A stretch of DNA of 64,000 nt, taken from the human T2T-CHM13v2.0 reference genome, Homo sapiens. The notes below the pieces were generated by a model. That model was not told where the DNA came from. It worked only from the letters and a program-made list of their open reading frames with translations, and made no database searches. Positions 1 to 17,356 of this stretch are shown piece by piece (position 1 is the first letter of the stretch; each line of letters opens with the position of its first letter). The stretch lies in assembly GCF_009914755.1 (NCBI RefSeq), contig NC_060930.1; one strand, given 5' to 3'. Made by a program: the position numbers and the translations under genes.

Positions 1-5090
<5,090 letters not shown>

Positions 5091-6491
5091 CTCATCTGGG
5101 CTACCTTATTTTAGATTAAAAATACATCAAAGAAACATTATGTTTCAGACTACATAAAGCCTTCTGATTTATAAGTTACTAGGAAACAAGTTTTGAATTT
5201 TAATCTTGGCAATTAGCAATACTTTAAATTATAAAGACTATTCAAGTTAAGAGAAGGTAGGCACCTCTGCTTTCTCTCCACATTCCATAGAGGATTTGCT
5301 GAGGATAAAGGACTTGCATTTACATGCAAGTACATAAAAACAAGACAAGAACCAATGCATATCTGCATTGTTTTTTAAGATTTCCACAACTGTAATTGGG
5401 GCTTCTGAAAATGTAGAACATTCTATCCTCTGTACCCTGTGACGTATAATTAATTTCAGGGTCCAGCAGACCCCAGAACACAAGGCTTCAAGGTTTTCTG
5501 AAACTTCAGTACTCTAGGGTGTAGTACGTAGCTTGGAAGTTAGAGTCAACTAACTGTTGACTTTCAATGTTTCCATACTTCCTTTACTCCCCACCGCCCC
5601 CTGCTAGTGAGAATATTTAAAATTATCTTTAATTATACTAATTTGCAAATTATGACAAGCTGAGTCAGCTTTTTAGTATTTTCTTCAGCTATTTGAATTA
5701 TGATAGATTTGTGGGAATTTTCTCATACTAAAATTCTTCAGCATCCTTAATCAAATGTCAAAGGACAATATTTGAAAGATCTGATGTGGAATGAACAAAC
5801 TGGCAGGATGACTTGAAAGGTTTTTCTTGGTTCAGACATGCTGCCTAAGATATAAATGTGACAATACTTAAAATGCCAACAGAACACTTTTATGAAGTTT
5901 GATAACATACACTTTCTCTCCCCATAGACAGGATCTGCAAATGATGTGGACTACACAGTGTCAGATCAATGTTAAGTTCACTTGGAAAGCACTCAATGAA
6001 TATTTTCTATCTACTTTCCACCCTTAGAATCTGTTCTTGCCTCTCGGGAGATTTTAATCTTCTGGGGAAAAACCATTACCCACAGAGAATGTTTAGTGAA
6101 CATCATATTAAACTGATTTAGTGGTGAACTTCAGGGTTGATTATCAGAGTGAAAAGTAAAAAACTCTAGGAGATGACTGATCTAGACAAGGCCATCAGCA
6201 TATATCCTGACAGGGCAGGTATTGAGAAAGTTAATTTTGAGATTTAAATTTTTAATTTACTACAAGGCAATTTTAAATAAGGTCTGAAATTGGATGAGTA
6301 GGCTTCCAAGGTCATGCGTATGCATTTCTACACTTTGTTAAAACCACAGTAAATAGTCCATTCATTTGGGTATATATGCAGTTAGATCCTGAAGATACTT
6401 AATCAATGGATTTATGTGGCTTACCCTCACCCCCAAGAGTATTACTGGAGAAAGATGGAGGAGAATGTTGCCTAACCTTTACTCCAATTCA

Positions 6492-6648
6492 TTATTCTCA
6501 AACTGTGTGACCACAGTTACCTAGGGTGCTTGTAATGCATATGATGTCAGACATACTGAATCAAAAATTCTAGGGAAGGTACCTGGAATCTGTATTGCTA
6601 ACAGACTTCCCAGCTGAGTCTTATGAACAGAAGTTGGGGAAACACTGT
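6492..6648. mobile_element. MER5-type hAT DNA transposon remnant
   Basis: Motifs ttctcaaactg, actgaatcaaaa and ctggaatctgtatt...aaca, ending in aacactg. Confidence 0.6.
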
Positions 6649-8019
6649 CCTGGTTTAAATGGCATAAGATTAATTTTCAGTAAATAGGTGTTTTATTCAA
6701 ACTTGCTTTATCTCTCTTGTATTTCTCCCCATCTCCCACGTTAAGATTTGTAAAAAAATCTTAGGAAGAGCTAATTTGCTTTAAATTCACTTTTTCAGTC
6801 TCCAAGCTGGCACAGGTGAGATAAAGTTTTCTCAATTTTTTTTTCTTCTCCTTTCCACAATTTAATCAAGTGTTAAAGTGAAAAATCTGGTTCTTTGTGG
6901 AGTGGTGCATAAGAAAAAAGGGGAATTAATTTACACTGCCTGGTGTCAGGATGTAATATGATTATGTTGGCAAAGCTATAAAAAGAAAATATCCAAAGCT
7001 CATAAAAAAATTCGAAGGAGGTCACTGTTAGAGCAGATGGATGGAGCAGAGTGCCTGATCATTGAACGGCTACTGAGCTAAAAGGATATTCAGGTCGAGG
7101 TGTACATAGCTGGGAGAAGGTCACAAATCTTAATTAAAGCTTTCAAGGGGAAAGTCCTGGATTTGACAGTAGACGCATATTGATTTGTCTTACTGTATAG
7201 AAATGACTAAAAGGACTGGTAAATAGAGTGTAGTCAGCTGTCAATTTCAATTACCCTGAGGGAATCTAATACAGTAGAGGGTTCCTACGCTGCATTCTTC
7301 GGAGCCTTCTCTCCTTTGTAACCAGAAAATACCCTCTCATGAAATGCAAACTTATTTTCAAATTTTAACAAAAAAGCTACAAAGATCAAGTACATTAAAA
7401 AATCTAAAATTAAGCCAAAAAACAGGATTATTAAACAAAAATTTATATTGACCTCAATATTTTTAATGAATTCTGCCAATTGTTGAGACATGAAAGATAA
7501 GCTAGGAGGCAAAACTAACACACCTTAAAAACAACCAAATATTTAAATTATATTAGATAGGATTATACCACCAATGAGCGAAGTATTTGTTTCTGTTTTA
7601 TTCTGTGAAAGAATTTTATGACACCTAAATGTGTGTATGTTCATGGATTACACATATTATATACATTATTGTATTGTATGTGTATTACGTAATAATAGGT
7701 ATAGAGAACAAAAAAATTTTTTCAAAATTATGCACATTATTCAATTGTATGATCTTTAAGATTCAAAAATGAATTAAAGTTTTCATATCAGATGAATTAC
7801 TGAAACAATATTTTGGGTTTGCTGAAACACTATGGTGAATATGCGGTTCAAAGAAGAAAAATATTCTTGTTGAAATGATTCAGGCATATTGTAGATGGCT
7901 GTACTAGGTGACTTTTAGGTGACTTCTTTATAACTTTATAAAGTTATTTTAGTCTAATCTCTTCTAAATTTATAAGGGCCTATGACTCTAGAAAAGGCAA
8001 TATAATGAAATTTTTTAAA

Positions 8020-8270
8020 ATCCATGTTTTGGAATCCTATGTGACAGGGCTTAAATCCTAGCTTAGGGCAAGTTTCTTAATATCTAAAAGACTCTATTTC
8101 AGTTGTTTCTTTTGAATTGTAGGGAATCTATCTCTCCTCTCTCTTCTCTCCCTCCCTCTCTGACATCTGTGGTAAAGATTAAATAAAATATTGCATATAA
8201 AGCCATGTACAATATATATTAATAAAAGCCACTGCCTAGCTAAGGGCCCAATTAAGAGTAGCTGTTCTAC
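8020..8270. mobile_element. MIR fragment
   Basis: Core-like ggcttaaatcctagct...ggcaagtttcttaa...tcagtt...; boundaries approximate. Confidence 0.55.
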
Positions 8271-9197
8271 CTGTGTATGGCTGATAACATTTTTAGTTAT
8301 CAACTGAGATTTCTTTACTCCTTTATACTTGCTTTAATACTCTATAAAGGTGGTTCACTGAGGGATGATGCACTTAATCTAGAACAAACGATCACTTAAG
8401 TTTCTGTTTTTTAAAATCTAAACAAAGAGCCATAGTCTTGAAAGTCAGCATTATTTATGACAATAGCCTGACTTTTTGAAAGAAAAGATTTATTGAGCTA
8501 TCTGAAACTGAAGAACTGAGAACAAACCGTAGAGTGGGAATTACTATATGATGATGTAAAAGTTTTGATGTTTCTGGGAAGGGAAATGAGTCATTGACTA
8601 GCTAGTGGGAGAAGAATTCAGGATGTAATGAGACCCCAGTCATTATTCAAGTCTCTGTGAAGGTGGCCAGGACTCCAGCTCACTGGGTTGAACAGAAGGG
8701 AGATTGAATAATAAAAATTCTAAGGAACATCCAAATGTAAAGAGGACTATCCCTCACTTCCCAGGGAAAATTTGGGTATCAAAAAGAAGCTCTCTTTGTA
8801 TGTTCTTCGCCCCTAGAAAGGTAGACAAGCAATGGTCAAGAGAAGTGCCCAGGCAGATGGGCCTGACTGCCACCTCACAGAGTTCTCAGCCCCTCAGAGG
8901 AGTGAAACTCTGAAGTGATTTCATGGACCTCATGGAGGGCATAGAATGATTTAAATAGACTGTCAACCTTAAAGTCCAGAGATGGAACAAAGAGGATGCA
9001 GATGCACATATCTCTACCTGAGGTAATAGTTATACCTGAGACAATAGCAGTGGATCCCTGTGCACACTGATGTAACTGGACACATTGCAGCTCAGTGAGG
9101 GTCAGCGTGGACACAGGATATGTGTGAACCTGATGCCTTTTCTCCACACTTCAGTCTCCCTTTCATGAGAGAAAGGAACATGCTATTAGTGGTAGGG

Positions 9198-9640
9198 TGT
9201 CTTAGTCACCTCCTATTTACCCTGTGGGTGAGGGAGAGCTAAACACCACCTGACCCTGAAGAGATGAGACCAACAGCAGGTTATTAGTCATGTCTACTGA
9301 TGGCCTGGGGGAGGAGGACATGGCACACCTTGCAGGGCCACACAGGAGTTGCACTCAAGAGCAGAGTGAACAACCAGGTCTGTAGGAGGTAGCCTTTGGA
9401 GAATTAAGAGGGTAGGGTGCTCCCAGTTCTTGTGGAATGATGTGATTCACTTGTTTGATTTGGCAGGCAAACAGAGAACAAAACCTGCTACTCAAGGATA
9501 AATAGAAACTGTGCCTGGTCCCCTTCATAAGGATGGTGGTCTGTCTAGGATACCTGATCTATGGGAGGAGAACTTGTAGTTAGGCCATTAGAGACCTGTT
9601 TTATCAGATATCAAGCCTAAATTTTTGGCTTTATGCTACA
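9198..9640 (-). mobile_element. 3' LTR of an ERV-L-class provirus (MER54/MER74-like group; subfamily uncertain)
   Basis: TG...CA termini (tgtcttagtc...tatgctaca). Similar to a second partial copy at 14019-14246 (gagatgagaccaacagcaggttattagtcat vs cagatgagatccacagcagtttactggtcat). Confidence 0.7.
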
Positions 9641-11450
9641 ATTGATCACTTGATGCTTTGACATCAGTTTAAATCTTGATGATAACTGAGACTTTTAGGG
9701 ATTAGGAGACGTGCCTTCCTAGGAAGCAAAGTAGGCACCTGACCAAGCAGAGAGGGCCACATTTTGAGGTGGTTGCCAAAAACATGAACTTCGGGCATGT
9801 CTCCATATATAACCAGTAAAAGCAATTGAGAGACCTGTGTGACATTGATGTAGAGAGTGGATGCTCCCAGGGGGTGTGAATTGAGACTAACCAATGCTTG
9901 TGGCAGTGGTGACATCAAGGGGGTAGAGGGACATTTGTCTCATTGTGACTTAAATAGTTCTTTGAAAACCCATTAGGCTTATCAATTAAAGTAGCTGCCT
10001 GGGGCTAACTACCTGAAGCCTATGGGAAGGCTGCATTTCAATGGAAAGCTTTCTTCAAGATTCCATTGTGTATTCTGAGACATAAAATGAGTGCCTTGGT
10101 AACAATCTAGTGTCTAAAACTGCAAATGAGATAAGGAATATCCTGTTGAGGCCTTGTATTGTGGCCTTAGGATATGTAGAGAAACCTGTTGATTTGGTTT
10201 ATATATTTATATTTGGGTACCTGTGAAACAAGAGATTCACAGAGTTCTTTAAAGTGAGACCCTTAGGCAATGGTCTAAGAGTTGTAAAAATATACATATG
10301 AGGTGAAATGGCCAGGGCATCCATTGCCAAGATAAATGTCTAGAGTGTGCCAATTGTGCTGACCCTTGGGTTCTATTCTTTATCAGGGACATCTTGGTTA
10401 AGGAATTAAGAGCAACAACTCTCTACTGAGCTCTATCATGTATAATTGTGGCAACATCATTGGTAAAATGTATGGCCTTCTATTGCCATTCATTCAGTTG
10501 ATCCCAGGGGGCTCTCCAGGTAGCCAAGGACTCTAGGAAAGGGATGACTTCCCCTAGCACCATGGTTTTGGCAAAGGACTGATGGTAGAGGAGGCCACCA
10601 CCTTCTACAGATAGAATATGCCAGAAGGCCCAAGCTTGACTCCATCCTGTCGCAAAGAGGTCTCATAGCTAGGCCAAATTCATGGGGGTGCTGCTCCAAT
10701 GCATTACAAGGCATTGCAGTAGCTGGGTACAGAGGGTCACAGGCTCAAAGTCTGTGAGACCCTCTATTTCCAGAAAAGCCCAGTGTGTGGCCAGTAATTG
10801 CCACTGTAACGGTGTATAGTACAAGGCCAGGAAAGGCAGTTTCTTGCATCAGAAGCCCATGAGCAACTTATGACCATCACAGGTGGCCTAGAGACTCCAG
10901 GAGGCATGAAATGAGGTCGCTGAAGCCTCTGAGGGCACTAACTGGAGTGCCTGTTGATTTCATTTTGGACAGCTTCTACAGCCTTTTGTTGAGGAGGTTC
11001 CCCTTTAAGATGGGCAATCTGTAAGTAACAGCACTAGTGAAATTAAAGAAAATTTGCAAAAGAATATGTTGTCTCCAGAACCCAAAAAAGACTAAAAGAT
11101 GTTGGACTTGTATTAACCTTGTAGGTACTGAGAGGGTTAATACCTGTTTTTTGACAGTATCAGGGATGGAGCAGCTTTTGGTTTACCAAATAACTTTCAG
11201 GAATTTAACAGAAGTCACAGGACTTTGTACTATGTGTGAAATATCCACCCTTTTTGTGTGAGTTCCTTTGTATTTGTATATTCTTAATGAATATGTCAAA
11301 CAAATCTTCCTGGAGAAGGATGTCATCAATGTAATATACCTGTGCTCCTGGAGAAAGGTGGATGTCATTAAGATCCTGCCTGCAAAGACTGTGTGCAGTA
11401 GCAAGGCTGCTGAGGTAGCCCTTGAGTAGCCTGGTAAAAATATATTGTGT

Positions 11451-11573
11451 AGCAGCGCACCAGCATGGCACATGTATACATATGTAACTAACCTGCACAA
11501 TGTGCACATGTACCCTAAAACTTAAAGTATAATAATAAAAAAAAAGAATTGCATTTGTGAACTAAAAAAAAAA
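11451..11573 (+). mobile_element. Severely 5'-truncated young L1PA 3' end with A-tail, inserted in the ERV-L RT
   Basis: gcagcgcaccagcatggcacatgtatacatatgtaactaacctgcacaatgtgcacatgtaccctaaaacttaaagtataataataaaa. TSD AAAAATATATTGTGT at 11436-11450. Confidence 0.9.
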
Positions 11574-12451
11574 TATATATATATATAGTGTCTCATGGGA
11601 GGTAAAAGCAAACTGTGACTGCTAAACTGCTGACATTGGCACCAAATGGATCATATTAGCCTAATTCATAGTAGCAAAATATTTATCAGTTGCTGATTGG
11701 ATGGAGTCAGAAGTTTCAATACTCAGTTTGTTGGAAATAGGGGCCTGAACTGAATGGGACCATGGCATTAAGGTTGCAGTCTACTGTGCTGCACCATTTA
11801 TTTGTTCCAGGTTTAAGAACAGGCCAAACAGGCCAGATTGGGTTGTTAAATGGAGAAGCAGTGGGGATAATAACCCCTGCACTCTATAGCTGTCATATAA
11901 CAAATTTTAATCCTCAAAAGCCCTGTTTTAAATTACTTTGAGCCATGTTAATAATTATTTTAATTTGGGGTGGAGGCAGAAGAGTCAGGAGTTTCCATCC
12001 TGTCAAGCCAATTTATAAGTGTCAAGATTTAATCTAATTTCCATTTATTTTTCATTGGGTCAGAGCGTCCATGTCCATTATGGGATATTTTAGGGCAATG
12101 ATTGCTATGACCATGATGAGAAATTTAGGCAAGACAGTAATTATGATGGTTAAGAAGAGGCATATCTCTTTGTTCTCTATTTTATATGCCAGAACTCCCC
12201 TAATGTTATGGGGGATACCATGTTTAAATTTAGGAAGATCCTAGTCATAACTGTAATCTGAGCCCTAATGCCAGTTAAAACCATGAAGGTTTGCCAATTG
12301 GTGCATTTCAGCAGGTATTAAAGTTAATTAAGAACCTATACTGTAGAGGCACAAAAGCCAATCAGTGCCCCTTTATCTTGGCTATATAAATGCCTTTAAT
12401 ATATTTTGAATTTCCAATTGGGTCAAATTGTAGATCTTTGTTTTAGGGTTC

Positions 12452-12482
<31 letters not shown>
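12452..12482. repeat. (TGT)n trinucleotide microsatellite
   Basis: About 10 consecutive tgt units. Confidence 0.9.
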
Positions 12483-13729
12483 GGTTCCTCCCCGTATCCA
12501 GGATATTTTTTTCTTTGCTTTTTAAAATTTCTTTTCTTTCTTTCTTTTTTTTTTTTTTTTTAGTGGTGGTCACTGGACATATTGTTTGGTGGTGGTGGGG
12601 TGGTGGTGAGGGATCCTCTTTACCCTGATGATACTTATAAGTCTTTTCTCTCAGAGAGCTTCAAATTAGTATCATCAGGGTTAGGGGTTTCCCCCACAGC
12701 AATGGTTGCTTTATATGGTTTAAAGACCCTGGGCTTAAGTTGAGTTTGAATTAATGGTGCCATGGGGTACCACAGTGCCACAAAGGTAACATAGGTATTT
12801 CTCTATAACCTCAAGGATTAGGATCTTTATTGCAACAGAGACATAGTAAGCAGAGTGGTACAGGGAAAGAAAGCTAGGTTTATAACCCAGACTCAATAGA
12901 CCAAAATTATCTCCTGCTGCCACTGCCCTACCGTTTCTGTCGTGTGGACTTTTTCCCTCTTTGTTTGTTTCTTTCTCTGCACAAATTCCCTGAGAATATT
13001 TTGAGTTTTTAGCTAGGTGAAATTGGAGCTTTCTGTAAAATCACCTGTGGTGCAAACTTTCTGGGTACTTATGGGAAAACATTAGGGAGCTTAGTGGCCT
13101 TTCTCAGAAGTGGCTGCCTCTTCCTCTAGGAAGTGCGAGTCCATCTCTCTAGAGTTGAGGTCCATATCCAGTAAAGTCATTAGTCTATGGCTTGGATAGG
13201 GCCAGCAAGCCCATGATTGCAAGATTGGCCATTTGGTGTGCTAGTAGGCAGCAGTGCTGAGCCCAGGCATACTGGCTATGGGTTTTGCATTGGCAAATCA
13301 TTTGAGTACCAAATGCTCCTTCCTCTCCCCACCCTTTTCTTTTTTCATTAGCACCTGTGCCACAGGCCACCATGGATCTGCACCTCGATGCCCTTCGGAG
13401 TCATGAGAGTGCAAGCAATAGCAGCTCAGGAAGCAGCAGCAGAGGAGACCAGAAAGGTCACCACCTTTGCATGAACAACAATGGCAACCAGGATACCATG
13501 CTTGGTTCTCCATGGTGTGGCCACTTTCCTTCCCACAAACCTCACACAGGGCTGCCTCTGCGCCTGTTCCATAGGTGTACCATTACAAGCAATGTCTGTA
13601 TTGCTGCTCCAAGCAGCCAGTGACAGTCACCAGGCTAGACATGGTGATCAGAGAGCTCTAGCCTGAGCTCTGGTAAGCAGGAATGAAGTACTGACTGGTT
13701 AAGGCACTGTTTTCTCATTGCATTTACAG

Positions 13730-13790
13730 GCTGAAGCTTCAGAGATCACCTGCCAAACACAGGCTGAACCTGACAGCATGTCACACCAGG
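13730..13790 (+). CDS. PKIB: Candidate alternative PKIB exon; ATG at 13778 encodes MSHQ, spliced in frame to give MSHQDVAMRTDSS... (85 aa)
   Basis: Acceptor ttttctcattgcatttacag|G (13729/13730) and donor CAGG|gtatag (13790/13791). The phase-1 end fits the phase of exon 30090. Agrees with my unverified recollection of a longer PKIB isoform. Confidence 0.5.
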
Positions 13791-13998
13791 GTATAGTTAA
13801 CAACCATTTTCTTCTTGGGGACAAGAGCATTGCAGAGTTAAAAGAGATGGCATAACAGTGCCACATAGGCCATAGCTCAAGCCCATCAGCAGTTAGCAGT
13901 TCTGTCTCAGGTACCCTTGCCAAATAACTCAGAACCAAATAACCAAGGAACAGTTAATTTTAACTGACTAGGTGTCTTCTGAAATGGTTGGGCATGTC

Positions 13999-14016
13999 AT
14001 ATGGTTCATAACACCA
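13999..14016 (-). promoter_or_regulatory. Degenerate primer-binding site of the ERV-L (tRNA-Ser-like)
   Basis: Minus strand TGGTGTTATGAACCATAT directly inside the 5' LTR. Resembles TGGCGTCACGAACAGGAT (complement of a tRNA-Ser 3' end, recalled) with partly CpG-type changes. Confidence 0.45.
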
Positions 14017-14018
14017 GT

Positions 14019-14246
14019 GGATTTTATTGCTTTCTATTCACCCCATTGGTGAACGAAAGATTCCTGCCCTGGAGATTCAGAGATGCCTAGACAACCAACA
14101 CCCAACACTGGACAGATGAGATCCACAGCAGTTTACTGGTCATACATACCACCAAAGGAGAAGAACATTGCAGGGCATGCAGGAGCATGTGAGGGTTGTA
14201 ACCAGGAATAGTATGAACAACCAGGGGCTGTGGGAGTAATAGTAAC
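14019..14246 (-). mobile_element. Partial 5' LTR of the same ERV-L provirus (U3 end lost)
   Basis: Matches about 9198-9410 and lies next to the PBS-like sequence. Confidence 0.65.
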
Positions 14247-14576
14247 AAGAGTTACTATTAGTTACATTAGGTAACCAGAATAAGACTTGGATTTCTAAGA
14301 GTGACATGCTCAATAAAAGGGTAATATGACAAAACCCTAACCTCCAAGGAAGACAGTAAGGAGACTTGCCAGTCTTGACTTTGCCTTGGATGGAAACGGG
14401 GGAAAGACTCTCTTAATAACTTATGAACGAAAATGAAACCTCACATTGAGTGTGCAAATTTCCAACTGTGTAGTCTATGTAATCCGAACAAAAGTCATGC
14501 TGAGAATATAAGGCTACCAATCTGGTATTGCCCCAGCAGAGGCAAATTCAGAGCTAGGTAGAGGAAAACACCTTAA

Positions 14577-14907
<331 letters not shown>

Positions 14908-16194
14908 TTAAGGGAAATGTTTTTAAAAATATGATCTCAGAACCCCAAATCACGAAGCAACCAAAGAAATAAGTCTCCATGAGAAAGATTCGACAAAAAC
15001 GGTAAACAATGGGATCAGAGTATAAAGAATTTAAATATTGGAATTTTTCGTAGAGAATTTTTTTCACTATTTGAGAAGAATATATTTTAGTACTGTGGCA
15101 TAATGTATAACTTTTTATAATAATAACTATATATGATATAGTATAGGTCTTAACTGTATCATTCATCATACAGTTATATGTTAAAATAGTTAATATTTAT
15201 ATGCCATAACATGAAGCATGATGTCGTGTACTTTCTCCTCCATTTTTCATTTGGAATACATTCTACAACATGACCCAAAATGTAAGAACTTGTGACTTGT
15301 AACTTTTGTTTAAAGCCATAATTGTGCAATAATGTGCTACAGAAAGATTCAGTTGACTTCTCTTACGAAACAAGCTTCAATGTATCAACTCTATTCTGTG
15401 AAATGCCCTTTAAGTAAAAGATAATATAACATTTTAATGCATCGTGTATAATGTACACATGCATATTGTCTATGTACTGAACACACATTGTATATGATAT
15501 TGTTATTACTATTTGTAAAAAATTTTTATAGCCTTAATATATTTGAAAAGAATAATTGAGGGTTTTTTAATTTTTTATTTCTTTTAAACTTACAGAATTT
15601 TAATGGGAAAATGCTTATGTCGTATGTTAAGCAAACACAGCAGGAAACAGTACAGTATTTTGAAAACTATTTAAAACCCCACAGAAAAAAGACTGAAAGC
15701 AAACAGTTGCTCTTGTGTGATAAGACTACTGTTTTTATTTCAATTATTAAAACATTCCTTTATTATTTTTACTATGAGAAAACATATGTAAGTATAAATG
15801 ACTAAGTAATAAGATACTGTAATACAATGAACTAAACTTGAAAAAGAGCAAAGTAGATTGCCTAGAAATAAAAATATGATAATTGGAAATAAAAACAGTG
15901 TGTGGATTATGCAGCTGATTAGACACAGCTGAAGAGAGAATAGTGAACTATATACACTTATGATGCAATTCTCTGAAGAATCTAATACACTTATGATGCA
16001 GGTGCCGTTCTTATGTAGAGCGTTTTTGCCATTCTTATGTAGAGCTTTTACATATATACATACACACACATATATATACATATATGTATATATGTATATA
16101 TGTAAAAGCTATATATACACACATATATATGTATATATATGTAAAAGCTCTACGTAAGAACGGCAAAAATGCTCGCTCTCTATATAAAAAACGC

Positions 16195-16200
16195 TATATA

Positions 16201-16262
<62 letters not shown>
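16195..16262. repeat. (TA)n(GA)n compound microsatellite
   Basis: Seen directly. Confidence 0.9.
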
Positions 16263-16265
<3 letters not shown>

Positions 16266-16678
16266 TGGTTCATGCAATTATGAAGGCTGAGAAGTCCTAA
16301 GGCTTTGGCAAGCTAGAGACTCAGGAGAGCTAATGATATGGTTCCAGTTTGTGTTCAAGTCTGATAACCGGGAGACCCACTATTGTCGGTTCCAGGCCAA
16401 GTCTGAGTTTAAGGCAAAAGATTGAAGACTGAAGACAGCTTGAAGACAGGCAGAGAAAGAAATTCTCCTTCTCTCTATCTTTTTATTCCATTCAGGACTT
16501 CAATGCATGGGATGTGGCCCGCCCATATTGAGAAGGGCAATGTGTTTTATGCAGTCCACTGATTCAGATGTTAATCTTTTCTGGAAACACCCTCACAGAC
16601 ACACCCCGAGAAATGGTTAACCAAGTATCTGAGCACTTTGTAGCCCAGTCAAGTTGGCATATAAAATTAGCCATCACA
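16262..16678 (-). mobile_element. MLT2-type (ERV-L) solo LTR
   Basis: gaaattggttcatgcaattatgaaggctgagaagtcc ... gaaacaccctcacagacacaccc ... ccagtcaagttggcatataaaattagccatcaca. Confidence 0.8.
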
Positions 16679-17089
16679 ATTAGCAAACTTCTTAACAGCA
16701 AAAATAGAATAATGTGGAATAATATTGTTAGGTGCTTTCATCCTAAAATAGTGTATTTGTAAGAATGAAGATAAAAATAGATCTTTTCAGTCATCAAAAA
16801 ACTATAGTTCCCAAAAGAATTTCAAAGGCTAAACTCCAGGAGAAAAGGTGAATTATCTCAGGAATTGGAACATGAAAAAAATAACATTGTGGAAATATAA
16901 CGGTATGATGGATATACACAGAAGACCAATTCTTAAATACTTAGATATATGCTAAGGTATTTAGATATGCAGTGTCATGTTAATGGCAGCTTGCTTTCAG
17001 TTGGTGAAATAATAACTGTGTGTGTGTGTGTGTGTGTGTGTGTTTATGTTTAGAGAGATTAAATATAGCAAAGTGTTGATCATTGAATC

Positions 17090-17356
17090 AGGTGGAGGCT
17101 CCTTCTTGAAACCCCAGTACTTTTGGAGGCCAAGGAGGGAGGATCACTTGAGGCCAGAAGTTTAAGACCATCCTTCAACTCTACAAAAAGTTTTAAAATT
17201 AGGCAAGTGTGGTGCTGCCCACCTGTAGCTCTAACTATTCGGGAGGCAGACAGGACATTGCTTTTAGCTCAAACAATTGAGGCTGCAGTGAGTTGTGATC
17301 ATGTCACTGCACTCCAGTCTGGGAAACAGAGGGAGACCTTGTCTAAAAATAAAATA
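17090..17356 (+). mobile_element. Old AluJ, diverged
   Basis: ggaggatcacttgaggccagaagtt ... gaggctgcagtgagttgtgatcatgtcactgcactccag, with A-rich tail. Confidence 0.85.

Larger units (their letters stand above)
9641..14018 (-). mobile_element. Decayed ERV-L internal region with gag/pol remnants
   Basis: Minus ORF 11205-11507 contains QYIFTRLLKGYLSSLATAHSLCRQDL...YYIDDILL (class III RT: LPQG-like and YIDD motifs). Flanked by two related LTRs. Confidence 0.8.

Noticed and set aside
12382-12573. ORF with poly-Lys and poly-Gln tracts
   Set aside because: It is a translation of poly(T) and (TGT)n simple repeats, with no exon evidence.
13481-13514. Alternative PKIB N-terminus MATRIPCLVLH via donor CATG|gtgtgg
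   Set aside because: The phase fits, but the donor is weak and there is no other support; the exon ending at 13790 is the better candidate.
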